Notes: a model not told the origin generated them from the letters alone. A DNA stretch of 24,000 bases from Nitrososphaerota archaeon (GCA_021163925.1 JAGGTD010000002.1:1-24000); one strand, 5' to 3'. Numbered from the stretch's first letter, positions 16,296 to 24,000 are shown. Numbers and translations are program-made.

Positions 16296-16922
16296 ACCAA
16301 GCTCTTCGCAGACATCTTTAAGCTTCTCAACTGTTATCGAGCCTAATCTCAGGATTCTCAGCCGACCCTCGTCCACAAGCCTAACCACGGTTGAGGGCTT
16401 ACCTATTAAACACCTCCCACCATCGATCACCAGATCCACAGATCTCAAGATCTCCTCATCCAGCTCTTGGATGCTTTGAGGCGGCGGTAGTCCGGAGATG
16501 TTCGCGCTCGTCCCGACCAAGAGTCCTCCCGACTCCTTGATTATGGTTAAGGTTTGGAGAGATGCGGGTATCCTAACACCAATCCTTCTATCCTCAGACA
16601 TGAGCCTCGAAATTCTAAAACTAGGCTTCGCCCTAAGTAGGATTGTTAATTGACCGGGCCATAGCTTTGAGACGATCTCGAACTCGATCTCATTCATCTC
16701 GGCGATCCTCTCAATATCGTTAAGATCTTTAGCGAGAATTGGCATGGGCTTCCCAAATCTCTTCTTAATCTCATAGATCCGCTTAACCGACTCATCGTTG
16801 AGAGGGTCGCATCCAATTCCATAGACCGTATCTGTTGGAAAGACTATAACCCCTCCAGCCTTGACAATATTCCCCGCGAGCTTCGCGGATTTGGTCGAGA
16901 ATTTTAGAACTCTCATCTTCAT
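16254..16922 (-). CDS. Threonylcarbamoyl-AMP synthase (Sua5/YrdC/TsaC)
   Basis: GGVIVFPTDTVYGIGCDPLN; KKRFGKPMPILAKD; VGIRIPASLQTLTII; LLVGTSANISGLPP; PSTVVRL. Confidence 0.93.
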   Translation of the reverse strand: MKMRVLKFSTKSAKLAGNIVKAGGVIVFPTDTVYGIGCDPLNDESVKRIYEIKKRFGKPMPILAKDLNDIERIAEMNEIEFEIVSKLWPGQLTILLRAKPSFRISRLMSEDRRIGVRIPASLQTLTIIKESGGLLVGTSANISGLPPPQSIQELDEEILRSVDLVIDGGRCLIGKPSTVVRLVDEGRLRILRLGSITVEKLKDVCEELGLTLDVESRYPLKD

Positions 16923-18097
16923 GGAAGCGTTCCCAGAGATGAGTAGAAGGCTTCGAGCGCCGTCCCCTCATCCGCCTCGAATCCCAGCTTCCTAAGCGTA
17001 TATGCTAGGCCGGTTATCGTGTAAACTAGGTATGGCACGTTCGCCGTCATCCCCATATGTCCAACCCTTACAGTCGTGTTCTCAAGCTTGCCCATCCCCC
17101 TCGCTAAGAGTATGTTGAATCTATGGAGCATTTCCTGAATCAATTTCTTAGGCATCCCATGTGGGAGCTTGATCACCGTTATCGTCGACGAGGCGTATTC
17201 ATCCGGCGCAACGGTCTCTAAGCCCATCGCCCTCACAGCCTCCCTAAAGGCAGTCGCCATCCTCCTATGCCTTTCATACCTCTTCTCAAGCCCCTCGTTC
17301 AAGACAATTCTCAAAGCCTCTCTAAACGCTAGGATTGTGTGGGTTGGAACCTCGGTTGGGTATGGTCTGCCGAGCACGCTCCACCTCTCGATAGACTCCT
17401 TCCAAACCTTTAGGTCTAGGAACCATGCGGCAACCTTCCACTTCCTATCCTCTATGATCCTCTCAGCTCTTGGGCTGACGGCCACTGGGGTTATCCCGGT
17501 TAGGCCTGAGATCGCCATCCCACAGTGGCCCACACAGTAATCTACGCCCCACTCATCGACTCTTAGATCCATTCCACCATAGGAGGATGAGGCGTCGACC
17601 ATGAAGAGAGCATTACTATTCTCTTGAACGACTTTTCCATAGGTCTTAACTGGGTTGCGAACGCCTGTGGAGGTCTCGCTATGCAGGGCTACGACTAGAT
17701 CGACATCTGGATTCTCTCGGAGAACGGACTTCAACTCAGATGGCTTAACTATTTGACCATAATCCGCCTCAACCGTAACCACGTCTCGGCCGAGATGGCG
17801 AGCTATATCTACAATCCTCTCTCCACAGAATCCATTGACTATAACGAGTAGCTTTCCATCGGGTGGGACGAGGTTCGCGATCCCCATCTCTAGAGCGGCC
17901 GAGTATGGAGCGGGTATCAGGAGGACTTCTCCAGATGATCCGAATGGTTTCTTCGCCATCTCCCTAACTTCCTCGAATATCTTCCCCCACCTTCTCCCAT
18001 AATATGGCATGGGGTGTAGGGATACCGCCGTCAGGACTCCCGCCGGAACCTCCGATGGCCCCGGGACCATCAGTATCGGTCTCTCAACCTTGCTCAT
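16919..18097 (-). CDS. Class V aminotransferase (serine-pyruvate/alanine-glyoxylate type)
   Basis: MLVPGPSEVPAGVLTAV-like start; ALHSETSTGVRNPVK; VDASSSYGGMDLRVDEWGVDYCVGHC; ATGA overlap with the downstream Sua5 gene. Confidence 0.88.
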   Translation of the reverse strand: MSKVERPILMVPGPSEVPAGVLTAVSLHPMPYYGRRWGKIFEEVREMAKKPFGSSGEVLLIPAPYSAALEMGIANLVPPDGKLLVIVNGFCGERIVDIARHLGRDVVTVEADYGQIVKPSELKSVLRENPDVDLVVALHSETSTGVRNPVKTYGKVVQENSNALFMVDASSSYGGMDLRVDEWGVDYCVGHCGMAISGLTGITPVAVSPRAERIIEDRKWKVAAWFLDLKVWKESIERWSVLGRPYPTEVPTHTILAFREALRIVLNEGLEKRYERHRRMATAFREAVRAMGLETVAPDEYASSTITVIKLPHGMPKKLIQEMLHRFNILLARGMGKLENTTVRVGHMGMTANVPYLVYTITGLAYTLRKLGFEADEGTALEAFYSSLGTLP

Positions 18098-18203
18098 GTC
18101 TACCTCTCCTCTCGTAAAATTGTGTAAGACCTAGCTTAAAATCCTTCCACGCGCCTCCTCCCAGCTAAATATCTCTGAGTCTAAACCCGCGATTATCCCA
18201 ATC

Positions 18204-19055
18204 TTACAGTTCCTCAATAAATTCTTCGATAAGCTTATTCAGATCATCTGCCCTCTCATAGAGTATTAGGTGGCCTGCTCTCTCTAAGATCGCGAGCCTC
18301 GAATTCGGGAGTAGTTCATGGATTTTGATGCTCTCATCCTTCGGCGTCACCTTATCATCCTCCCCCACGATCACTAGGGCTGGAGTCTTAACCTCGGAGA
18401 GCCACTTAGATGCATCATAATCTTGGAAGAACTTCAGGTATCTGAATGCGTGGGCTGGAAGGCTCTCAAGATACTCCTTGTTATCTTTGATGAATTCCTC
18501 GAATATCTCATCCGATGTGGAGGGGCTGAAGAATAGACCTCTATACACCTTCCTCGTAAGCGGGTTCTCGGTGAAGAATAATTTTCTCCAAAATATCGGT
18601 GGGAGATTCCAGACTATCTTATCGATTATGTCGGGCTTGATCTTGATCAAGGATCCTATCAAGACCAAACCTTTAACGGCGTGATCTCTGGCATATGCTT
18701 GGGCGACCATGCCTCCAAAGCTGTGGCCGACTAAAACCGCATCATCAGCCGATATGTTAAGTTTGTTCATGAGCGATGTGAGATCATCGAGATAATCCTT
18801 CAACAGAACCTTGGCGGGTTTATCCGATCTTCCATATCCCCGCTGATCATAAGCCACCACCCTATACCTCTCCTCAAAGTAGCTTATCTGATACTTCCAG
18901 TTTGAGATCTGTCCAGGTGATCCGTGGAGGAAGATCATCGTTAATGGGCTTTGATAGCTATGCGTCCTCGACGAATCATATACATGTAGCTTCAAGCCAT
19001 CTAGGTCTATGAAGAAGAGGTTTCTCTGATCGATCAAAGCCTTCTCATCCGACAT
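18204..19055 (-). CDS. Alpha/beta hydrolase
   Basis: IFLHGSPG; VLVGHSFGGMVAQAYA nucleophile elbow; IVGEDDKVTP; RAGHLI. Confidence 0.92.
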   Translation of the reverse strand: MSDEKALIDQRNLFFIDLDGLKLHVYDSSRTHSYQSPLTMIFLHGSPGQISNWKYQISYFEERYRVVAYDQRGYGRSDKPAKVLLKDYLDDLTSLMNKLNISADDAVLVGHSFGGMVAQAYARDHAVKGLVLIGSLIKIKPDIIDKIVWNLPPIFWRKLFFTENPLTRKVYRGLFFSPSTSDEIFEEFIKDNKEYLESLPAHAFRYLKFFQDYDASKWLSEVKTPALVIVGEDDKVTPKDESIKIHELLPNSRLAILERAGHLILYERADDLNKLIEEFIEEL

Positions 19056-19091
19056 GTGGGAGATTCTGGTCTAGGCGGCTTATATCAGTTT

Positions 19092-19511
19092 CTACCTCTC
19101 CAACTCTTTTAGCCGTCTTGTTATGGCCTCGTTTGCGAGCCTATCCGCTTCCACGTTAAGCTCTCTCGGAACGTATACTATCCTATATTCCTTGAAATTT
19201 TTGAGGAGTTGGAGGCATTCTAGATGGAGCCTCTTAAGCTTCTCATCCCTAACGGAGTATACTCCCTTAACCTGTCTCACCAGAAGTTCGCTGTCAGAGT
19301 ATAGCTCCACCTTCTCCGCGCCTAGCTGCACGGCTCTCCTCAAAGCCTCGATCAAAGCATGATATTCGGCCTCATTATTCGTTCCAAAGCCGATAAACTT
19401 TGAGAACTTATCCAAAACTCTTCCAGACTCATCGAAGACTATTATCCCGATACCCGATGGCCCGGGGTTTCCATGCGATGATCCATCGAAGAATATCTTC
19501 AGGGTCTTCAA
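19092..19511 (-). CDS. rnhA: Ribonuclease HI-type protein
   Basis: IFFDGSSHGNPGPSGIG; TNNEAEYHALIEAL; LYSDSELLVRQV; VPRELNVEADRLANEA. Confidence 0.92.
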   Translation of the reverse strand: MKTLKIFFDGSSHGNPGPSGIGIIVFDESGRVLDKFSKFIGFGTNNEAEYHALIEALRRAVQLGAEKVELYSDSELLVRQVKGVYSVRDEKLKRLHLECLQLLKNFKEYRIVYVPRELNVEADRLANEAITRRLKELER

Positions 19512-20017
19512 GCCGCCTTACTCGCCGCGAGCTCCCTGATCAAGACCCTATACCTCTTGGGAAGCTTCTTCGCCGCTATCCTCAATGCCTTCTTTGCCTC
19601 CTCAACCCCATTACTATAGGTCAAGACCCTGAAGACGGGTGATCCCTTCCTAACCCTCGCAGCCCTTCCAACAGGTTTTCCGAAGGCTCTCCTCATCCCT
19701 TCCTGAAGCCTATCCGCGTGTGCTCCGAAGATCATCTTATTCTCCCTTAAGACGTGGTGTGGATGGGCCTTAAGCTCTAGGAAGAAGTTGTCTCCACCCA
19801 GCTTGGATGTGAGCTGCTTACCTATCGCGACTCTAGCGGATTCAAGCGCTACATCCCTGACTTGGAGATCCTCCTCGGCGATCAACAGCAGTTCATGGGT
19901 GTAGTCCTCCTTATAGGATCCCATCGTATACTTCGCTATCCTAGGCTGAGGCGCTCCATGGATATAATCCTCTCTAGTGTATGGCCTCTCGGCAGCCCTC
20001 CAATTCCTAGCCCTCAT
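19508..20017 (-). CDS. rpl10e: Ribosomal protein uL16 (archaeal L10e)
   Basis: RNWRAAERPYTREDYIHGAPQPRIAKYTMG; HPHHVLRENKMIFGAHADRLQEGMRRAFGKPVG. Confidence 0.93.
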   Translation of the reverse strand: MRARNWRAAERPYTREDYIHGAPQPRIAKYTMGSYKEDYTHELLLIAEEDLQVRDVALESARVAIGKQLTSKLGGDNFFLELKAHPHHVLRENKMIFGAHADRLQEGMRRAFGKPVGRAARVRKGSPVFRVLTYSNGVEEAKKALRIAAKKLPKRYRVLIRELAASKAA

Positions 20018-20050
20018 CCCAATCTCCCCTCAAAGATCCGATAACGGCGC

Positions 20051-20815
20051 TTATTTAGTCTTCAACTCTAGGAACTTCTCCGAGACTGAGAGCAATTGAG
20101 ACGGCGTTAGCTGGTAAACCCTCTTCGACATGAGTTCATCTCCTAGAACCTCGGTTAAATCAACGGCCAACTCCTCTTCCTTCGCGAGGTCTCTCAGTAT
20201 TCGCCTTAACATCTGCCTCCTCCTCGTGAAGAGGAATTTGACGAATCTCTTAACATCTTCATCCAGCTTCCGAACACCCTCCCTCCTCCTCATCAAGACT
20301 ATCGCTGAATCGACTTTGGGCATGGGTCTGAACAGATTTCTGGGGATGAACTCGACCACGCTTGACTCGTAGAGTAGGTTTGAGAGGAATGAGATGTATA
20401 GATATTTCGTGGACCCTGGCTTGGCCACAAGCTTTGACGCAAACTCCCTTTGAAGCGTTAAAACTATTCTCTCCGCGTCTTCTTCGATGAGCCATTCGAG
20501 GAGCCTCGTCGAGATATTATATGGGGGGTTTGAGACCACCTTATTGAAGCCTGTGGGCTTGAGCTTGAGGACGTCTCCGACCAAGAGCTCGACGTTATCA
20601 TAGTCCTTTAACCTCCTCCTCGCCTCCTCCGCCAATTCTTGGTCGAGTTCAACAGCTATTACCTTGCCAGCCTTCTCAGCAAGCCTCGCCGTGAGTTCTC
20701 CTCTTCCAGCCCCGACATCTAAGACTACGTCATCCCTTGTAATCTCGCCATATCGAACCATCCTATCGAGGATCTTCTCATCTATCAGGAAATGTTGGCC
20801 GAGCCTTCTCCTCAT
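20051..20815 (-). CDS. ksgA: 16S rRNA dimethyladenosine transferase (KsgA/Dim1)
   Basis: RRLGQHFLIDEKILDRMV; VLDVGAGRGELTARLA; VVSNPPYNISTRLL. Confidence 0.95.
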   Translation of the reverse strand: MRRRLGQHFLIDEKILDRMVRYGEITRDDVVLDVGAGRGELTARLAEKAGKVIAVELDQELAEEARRRLKDYDNVELLVGDVLKLKPTGFNKVVSNPPYNISTRLLEWLIEEDAERIVLTLQREFASKLVAKPGSTKYLYISFLSNLLYESSVVEFIPRNLFRPMPKVDSAIVLMRRREGVRKLDEDVKRFVKFLFTRRRQMLRRILRDLAKEEELAVDLTEVLGDELMSKRVYQLTPSQLLSVSEKFLELKTK

Positions 20816-21411
20816 ATCGGTGGACTCGTCCTTCTGATGGGCTCCCTCACGAACAACCTATGCCTCTCCTCATGGTTCATGAGCTCTTGCAGGATCCTCT
20901 GGACAATTATCTTGACCGGATCCTGAATCTTACCCCTCTTCTTCAAGTCCTCATAGCTCTCGAAGGGCTTTATCTCCCTCTCCGCGATTATCTTCAAGGC
21001 TATCTTCTTACCTATACTTGGCATGAGTTCTAAGGCGTGCATCTTAGGGGTTACTGGAGTGCATTTATTGAAGAACTCCACGAACCTCTGCTCATTCGAC
21101 TCAACTATCTTTCTGACAGCGTTCTCAAGCTCGTTCTTCGCATTCTGAGTTAAGTCCTCATAATTTATCCTCCTAATGATCCTCAAAATACTCCTCGGAA
21201 CATCCTTTCCAACATAGATTCTAGTCCCTATCGGCGGCTTATGCTTCGGCGAGACCGCGGCCTCAAGCAAAGTGAAGAAATCCTCGCCCAAGAGCTGGAC
21301 TATAAGCTCTCCTCGCGAGAGGGTTATGTTCGGAAGCCTCGCCTTGAGCTCAGACGCTGGATAAACGTCTAAAACATATGCAAAGTCTTCATATTTCTTC
21401 TGTCTAACCAA
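20812..21411 (-). CDS. DUF655 family protein (predicted RNA-binding, OB/HhH-like)
   Basis: YEDFAYVLDVYP; LTQNAKNELENAVRKIVESNEQRFVEFFNKCTPVTPKMHALELMPSIGKK; conserved position between rpoF and ksgA. Confidence 0.85.
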   Translation of the reverse strand: MVRQKKYEDFAYVLDVYPASELKARLPNITLSRGELIVQLLGEDFFTLLEAAVSPKHKPPIGTRIYVGKDVPRSILRIIRRINYEDLTQNAKNELENAVRKIVESNEQRFVEFFNKCTPVTPKMHALELMPSIGKKIALKIIAEREIKPFESYEDLKKRGKIQDPVKIIVQRILQELMNHEERHRLFVREPIRRTSPPI

Positions 21412-21440
21412 AGGCCAACAACCCCATGGCTTAGATCAAG

Positions 21441-21800
21441 CTATTCCTCTTTCCCCATCTCCAAATACTTCTTGACCAAGTCGACTATTGCCTGCATCTT
21501 CTCCTCCGAGAAGAGTAGGAATGAGACGAGCCTCTTATATCCGCTGAGTATCGCCCTTAACTCCTCGATATGCGTCGGACATATATCGGCTATTTGGACC
21601 GCCTCCTCCCTCGTTAGCTCAAACTTCTCCATGAGTTCCTCGATGAGCTTCTCGGCCGCCTCGCTTGAGAGCTTCGAGTACTTCCTAACATAGTTTAAGA
21701 CTCTTAGCTGCATGGAGTTTAATTCCTCCTCCCTCTCCTCCATCAACCGCTTAACCTCTGGTAATGAGAGTGGGGTTTGGGATAAGATCTTCTTAGCCAT
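21441..21800 (-). CDS. rpoF: DNA-directed RNA polymerase subunit F (Rpb4/Rpo4)
   Basis: Size, helical HRDC-like pattern (EEAVQIADICPTHIEELRAILS) and location between eL21 and DUF655 genes. Confidence 0.88.
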   Translation of the reverse strand: MAKKILSQTPLSLPEVKRLMEEREEELNSMQLRVLNYVRKYSKLSSEAAEKLIEELMEKFELTREEAVQIADICPTHIEELRAILSGYKRLVSFLLFSEEKMQAIVDLVKKYLEMGKEE

Positions 21801-21805
21801 CCTTC

Positions 21806-22105
21806 TCAGCCACCCCAGCTCGATAGATGATCTGGTAGGATTGTGAGAATCTTCTGCTTATTTCCAAGCCTAACCCCCACCACGTAGGCTCTCCCCCTCT
21901 TCCCCAAAACCTCCCCTATCTTCCCATGATATCTTCGATGAGGCATCCCCTTATGAACCGCTGGATTTATCTTTATGGCAACCTTGTCTCCAACCCTAAA
22001 CTCTCTTAAATAGATCTCTGGATTTGGGCCCTGCCTCGAGCCCTTAGGCTTAGTCAATACGTCTCTAGACTTGTATCTGAATCCCTTTGATTTCGGCATT
22101 TCCAA
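21806..22105 (-). CDS. rpl21e: Ribosomal protein eL21
   Basis: KGFRYKSRDVLTKPKGSRQ; DKVAIKINPAVHKGMPHRRYHGKIGEVLGKRGRAYVVGV. Confidence 0.95.
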   Translation of the reverse strand: MEMPKSKGFRYKSRDVLTKPKGSRQGPNPEIYLREFRVGDKVAIKINPAVHKGMPHRRYHGKIGEVLGKRGRAYVVGVRLGNKQKILTILPDHLSSWGG

Positions 22106-22155
22106 CGATTTTTAAGGTATAGGCGATTTAAAAGCTTTAAGAATGGCGCGTTTGC

Positions 22156-22785
22156 TCAGCTTCTCGTGAGCTTCTCCTTAAACTTCTTGATGACTGAGCT
22201 CAGCGATGGCGGCAGGGAGCTCTCCTCATAGATCTCTATCTCCTCAACCCTCCTAGGGGTTCCTAGATACTTGAGCTCGACGAGCTCCATCCCTTGGATC
22301 GTGCTCTCCAAGACCTTCCCCCTATGAATCCCTATCGTGGTCCTGACCTGAACCACCTTCCCCTTCCTATTGATCCTGAAGACCTTAAACTTTAGATCCC
22401 TGAGCCTCCTAGTCCTCGCATAGTCTACTGGATCCACGACTAGGGCGACGGCCTTCGGGAACATCATCTGATATCTCTTCTGAGTCTCGATATCTATCGC
22501 GGATAGGAAGAGGCTGAATCCTGGGTGAGAGTGATACCATCCAACTATGTATAGTCCAGGTCTATTTCTCAAAACCCAGTCCGCCGCGGCCGCTATGGTG
22601 TTCTCATCTAGATAGACGAATCCGGAGGTGGCTCTCTGCGCTCCGGTTACGGCATCCCAGATCTCCAAGACATCTTTCTTCTTGAGATACTTCCCTATTA
22701 GGAGTCCAGCAACCTCTCTCTCAAGGTCGCTTAGGGTGTGTTTAATCACCTTCCCGATCGCAAGTGGGTAGATCCTCGCCCTCAT
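22156..22785 (-). CDS. Rpn11/CSN5-like JAMM (MPN+) metalloprotease, candidate deubiquitinase of the ubiquitin-like system
   Basis: REVAGLLIGKYL (upstream Glu) and VGWYHSHPGFSLFLSAIDIETQ (HxHx10D), very close to eukaryotic Rpn11 VGWYHSHPGFG...SxxDxxTQ. Confidence 0.92.
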   Translation of the reverse strand: MRARIYPLAIGKVIKHTLSDLEREVAGLLIGKYLKKKDVLEIWDAVTGAQRATSGFVYLDENTIAAAADWVLRNRPGLYIVGWYHSHPGFSLFLSAIDIETQKRYQMMFPKAVALVVDPVDYARTRRLRDLKFKVFRINRKGKVVQVRTTIGIHRGKVLESTIQGMELVELKYLGTPRRVEEIEIYEESSLPPSLSSVIKKFKEKLTRS

Positions 22786-22900
22786 CTTAACTTATGTTAA
22801 AGTCTCATTAGGATGGATTTAATGTTACCTATCCCATTTGTCCGGTAATCTCATGGTATTTCGTCTAAGATTTCTCTAGGATTCTCGTAGACTCCCCCGC

Positions 22901-22918
22901 ACTTAACACTTATATAGA
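22901..22918 (+). promoter_or_regulatory. Putative archaeal TATA/BRE element of the ubiquitin-like gene
   Basis: acttaacacttatataga about 40 nt upstream of the ATG at 22957, in the 171-bp divergent intergenic region. Confidence 0.45.
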
Positions 22919-22956
22919 GTGTATCAGAGGATTTAAGGCGGATTGGTGTAGAGCGT

Positions 22957-23193
22957 ATGAAGATTAAGGTCGTTCCCGCAATCGGCGGAGGGAGTCCAAT
23001 AGAGCTTGAGGTCTCTCCAACGACCACGATAGGAGCTATAAGGGCGAAGGTATGCGCCATGAAGAGGCTTCCACCAGACACCACCAGACTAACCTATAGA
23101 GGTAGGGCGTTGAAAGACGTTGAAACCCTAGCATCCCTCGGGGTACAGGATGGAGACAAGCTTGTATTGATAACGAGGACGGTTGGAGGCTGA
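22957..23193 (+). CDS. Ubiquitin-like modifier, 78 aa, C-terminus ...ITRTVGG with no tail
   Basis: MKIKVVPAIGGGSPIELEVSPTTTIGAIRAKVCAMKRLPPDTTRLTYRGRALKDVETLASLGVQDGDKLVLITRTVGG; aligns with ubiquitin at offset +2, including LPPDxxRL, LxD and terminal GG. Confidence 0.95.
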   Translation: MKIKVVPAIGGGSPIELEVSPTTTIGAIRAKVCAMKRLPPDTTRLTYRGRALKDVETLASLGVQDGDKLVLITRTVGG

Positions 23194-23221
23194 GCTACAT
23201 CCTCATAGATCTGCTCAAAAT

Positions 23222-23230
23222 ATTTTTTTA
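23222..23230 (+). terminator. Putative T-tract terminator after the ubiquitin-like gene
   Basis: Run of 7 T (atttttttа region) 30 nt after the stop codon. Confidence 0.4.
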
Positions 23231-23332
23231 GGGATACGCATCCAAGACGAGATGACGCAAGTATTCTATGAGAATGACCATCAATGATCCTTTTGAGTTA
23301 AGGTTAATTACCCGGCTTTGAACCTCTATCTA

Positions 23333-23818
23333 ATGGCTTTGCTGGCAGAACTTCCTGAGCCGCTATGGTATAGGAGGCTCGCGATCGAGTATAAGCTTAT
23401 GCATGAGCATGAGCCGTTATTCGATATAGTTGAGGGAGATTTAACCCACTATAAGGGGGTTTTAATAGGCTCAGGACTCTATGAAGGTGGATACTTCAAG
23501 GTTGAGATCCTCTTGTCGAGGAGCTTTCCATTCGTTCCACCGAAGGTTATTTGGTGGACTAGGATATGGCATCCAAACTTCACCGATGAGGTTCCGGCGA
23601 GGATCTGCGAGTCCATCTTTAAGGATGATTGGAGACCTCCCCTCCACCTGATAACGGTTATAGGGGCTTTGAGAAATCTCTTGAACAACCCTAATCCAGA
23701 CGATCCATTAAACACAATAGCGGCGATGGAGATGAAGTTTAGGCCAGATGTATTTAAGGCGAGGGTTAGACAATATATCGAGCTCTACGCGAGACCCGAG
23801 AAATCGTTAATAAAGTAA
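23333..23818 (+). CDS. E2-like ubiquitin-conjugating enzyme (UBC fold); ATG at 23333 favoured over the TTG at 23318
   Basis: SFPFVPPKVIWWTRIWHPNFTDEVPARICESIFKDDWRPPLHLITVIGALRNLLNNPNPDDPLN: E2 P-x-x-P, HPN, catalytic Cys, Trp-Pro and PNPDDPLN motifs. Confidence 0.95.
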   Translation: MALLAELPEPLWYRRLAIEYKLMHEHEPLFDIVEGDLTHYKGVLIGSGLYEGGYFKVEILLSRSFPFVPPKVIWWTRIWHPNFTDEVPARICESIFKDDWRPPLHLITVIGALRNLLNNPNPDDPLNTIAAMEMKFRPDVFKARVRQYIELYARPEKSLIK

Positions 23819-23831
23819 AATAGATGGCTAG

Positions 23832-24000
23832 ATGAGATCTAATCGAATGCCGGGTTCAGATGGAGTCGAACTAAGCGGCGAGTTGCTGGAGCGATATGAT
23901 AGGCAGCTTAGGCTTGAGGGATGGGATCAGAGGAAGCTAATGGATTCTGAGGTGATCATAGTTGGGGTTGGAGCCATAGGATGTGAGTTGGCTAAAGATC
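23832..24000 (+). CDS. E1-like ubiquitin-activating enzyme, N-terminus only (truncated by window end)
   Basis: Reading from ATG 23832: MRSNRMPGSDGVELSGELLERYDRQLRLEGWDQRKLMDSEVIIVGVGAIGCELAKD; YDRQLRL and VGVGAIGCE match the E1/ThiF Rossmann start. Absent from the supplied ORF track because it is open at the edge. Confidence 0.88.
   Translation, partial: MRSNRMPGSDGVELSGELLERYDRQLRLEGWDQRKLMDSEVIIVGVGAIGCELAKD

Noticed and set aside
17169-17540. Plus-strand 123-aa ORF inside the class V aminotransferase gene
   Set aside because: Antisense shadow ORF; the opposite frame has clear aminotransferase motifs.
22851-23084. Minus-strand 77-aa ORF overlapping the Ubl gene and its promoter
   Set aside because: Antisense shadow of a strongly supported ubiquitin-like gene.
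1-24000. Defence island, prophage or transposon
   Set aside because: No integrase, transposase, nuclease/helicase defence modules or terminal repeats seen; genes are mostly housekeeping.

Overview
Gene-dense archaeal chromosomal window whose gene content resembles the Caldiarchaeum/Aigarchaeota-type Thermoproteota (lineage is an inference). I see no CRISPR array, transposase or prophage. The most notable locus is at the right end (about 22156-24000). It is a compact eukaryote-like ubiquitin conjugation/deconjugation cluster: an Rpn11-like JAMM protease (minus) divergent from a ubiquitin-like protein that ends exactly in Gly-Gly, then a UBC-fold E2-like protein, then the 5' end of an E1-like enzyme that runs off the window. 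The general arrangement is known from 'Ca. Caldiarchaeum subterraneum'. Points worth a second look are the tail-less -GG terminus and the substitution of the positions equivalent to K48 and K63. A second beta-grasp Gly-Gly protein (MoaD/Urm1/SAMP-like) lies at about 15.4-15.7 kb between eS17 and a KEOPS Cgi121 gene, and the Cgi121 gene overlaps Sua5/TsaC tail-to-tail. Other content: a GatD gene interrupted by an apparent 1-nt frameshift; tandem archaeal nucleotidyltransferase paralogs next to an atypical kinase-like fusion; TldD/PmbA with an in-frame 30-bp duplication; two intron-containing tRNAs (Thr-GGU and Ser-CGA) absent from the ORF track; three radical SAM proteins; UppP; and an informational block (uL16/L10e, KsgA, DUF655, RpoF, eL21). 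All assignments come from reading motifs by eye; no database search was run.
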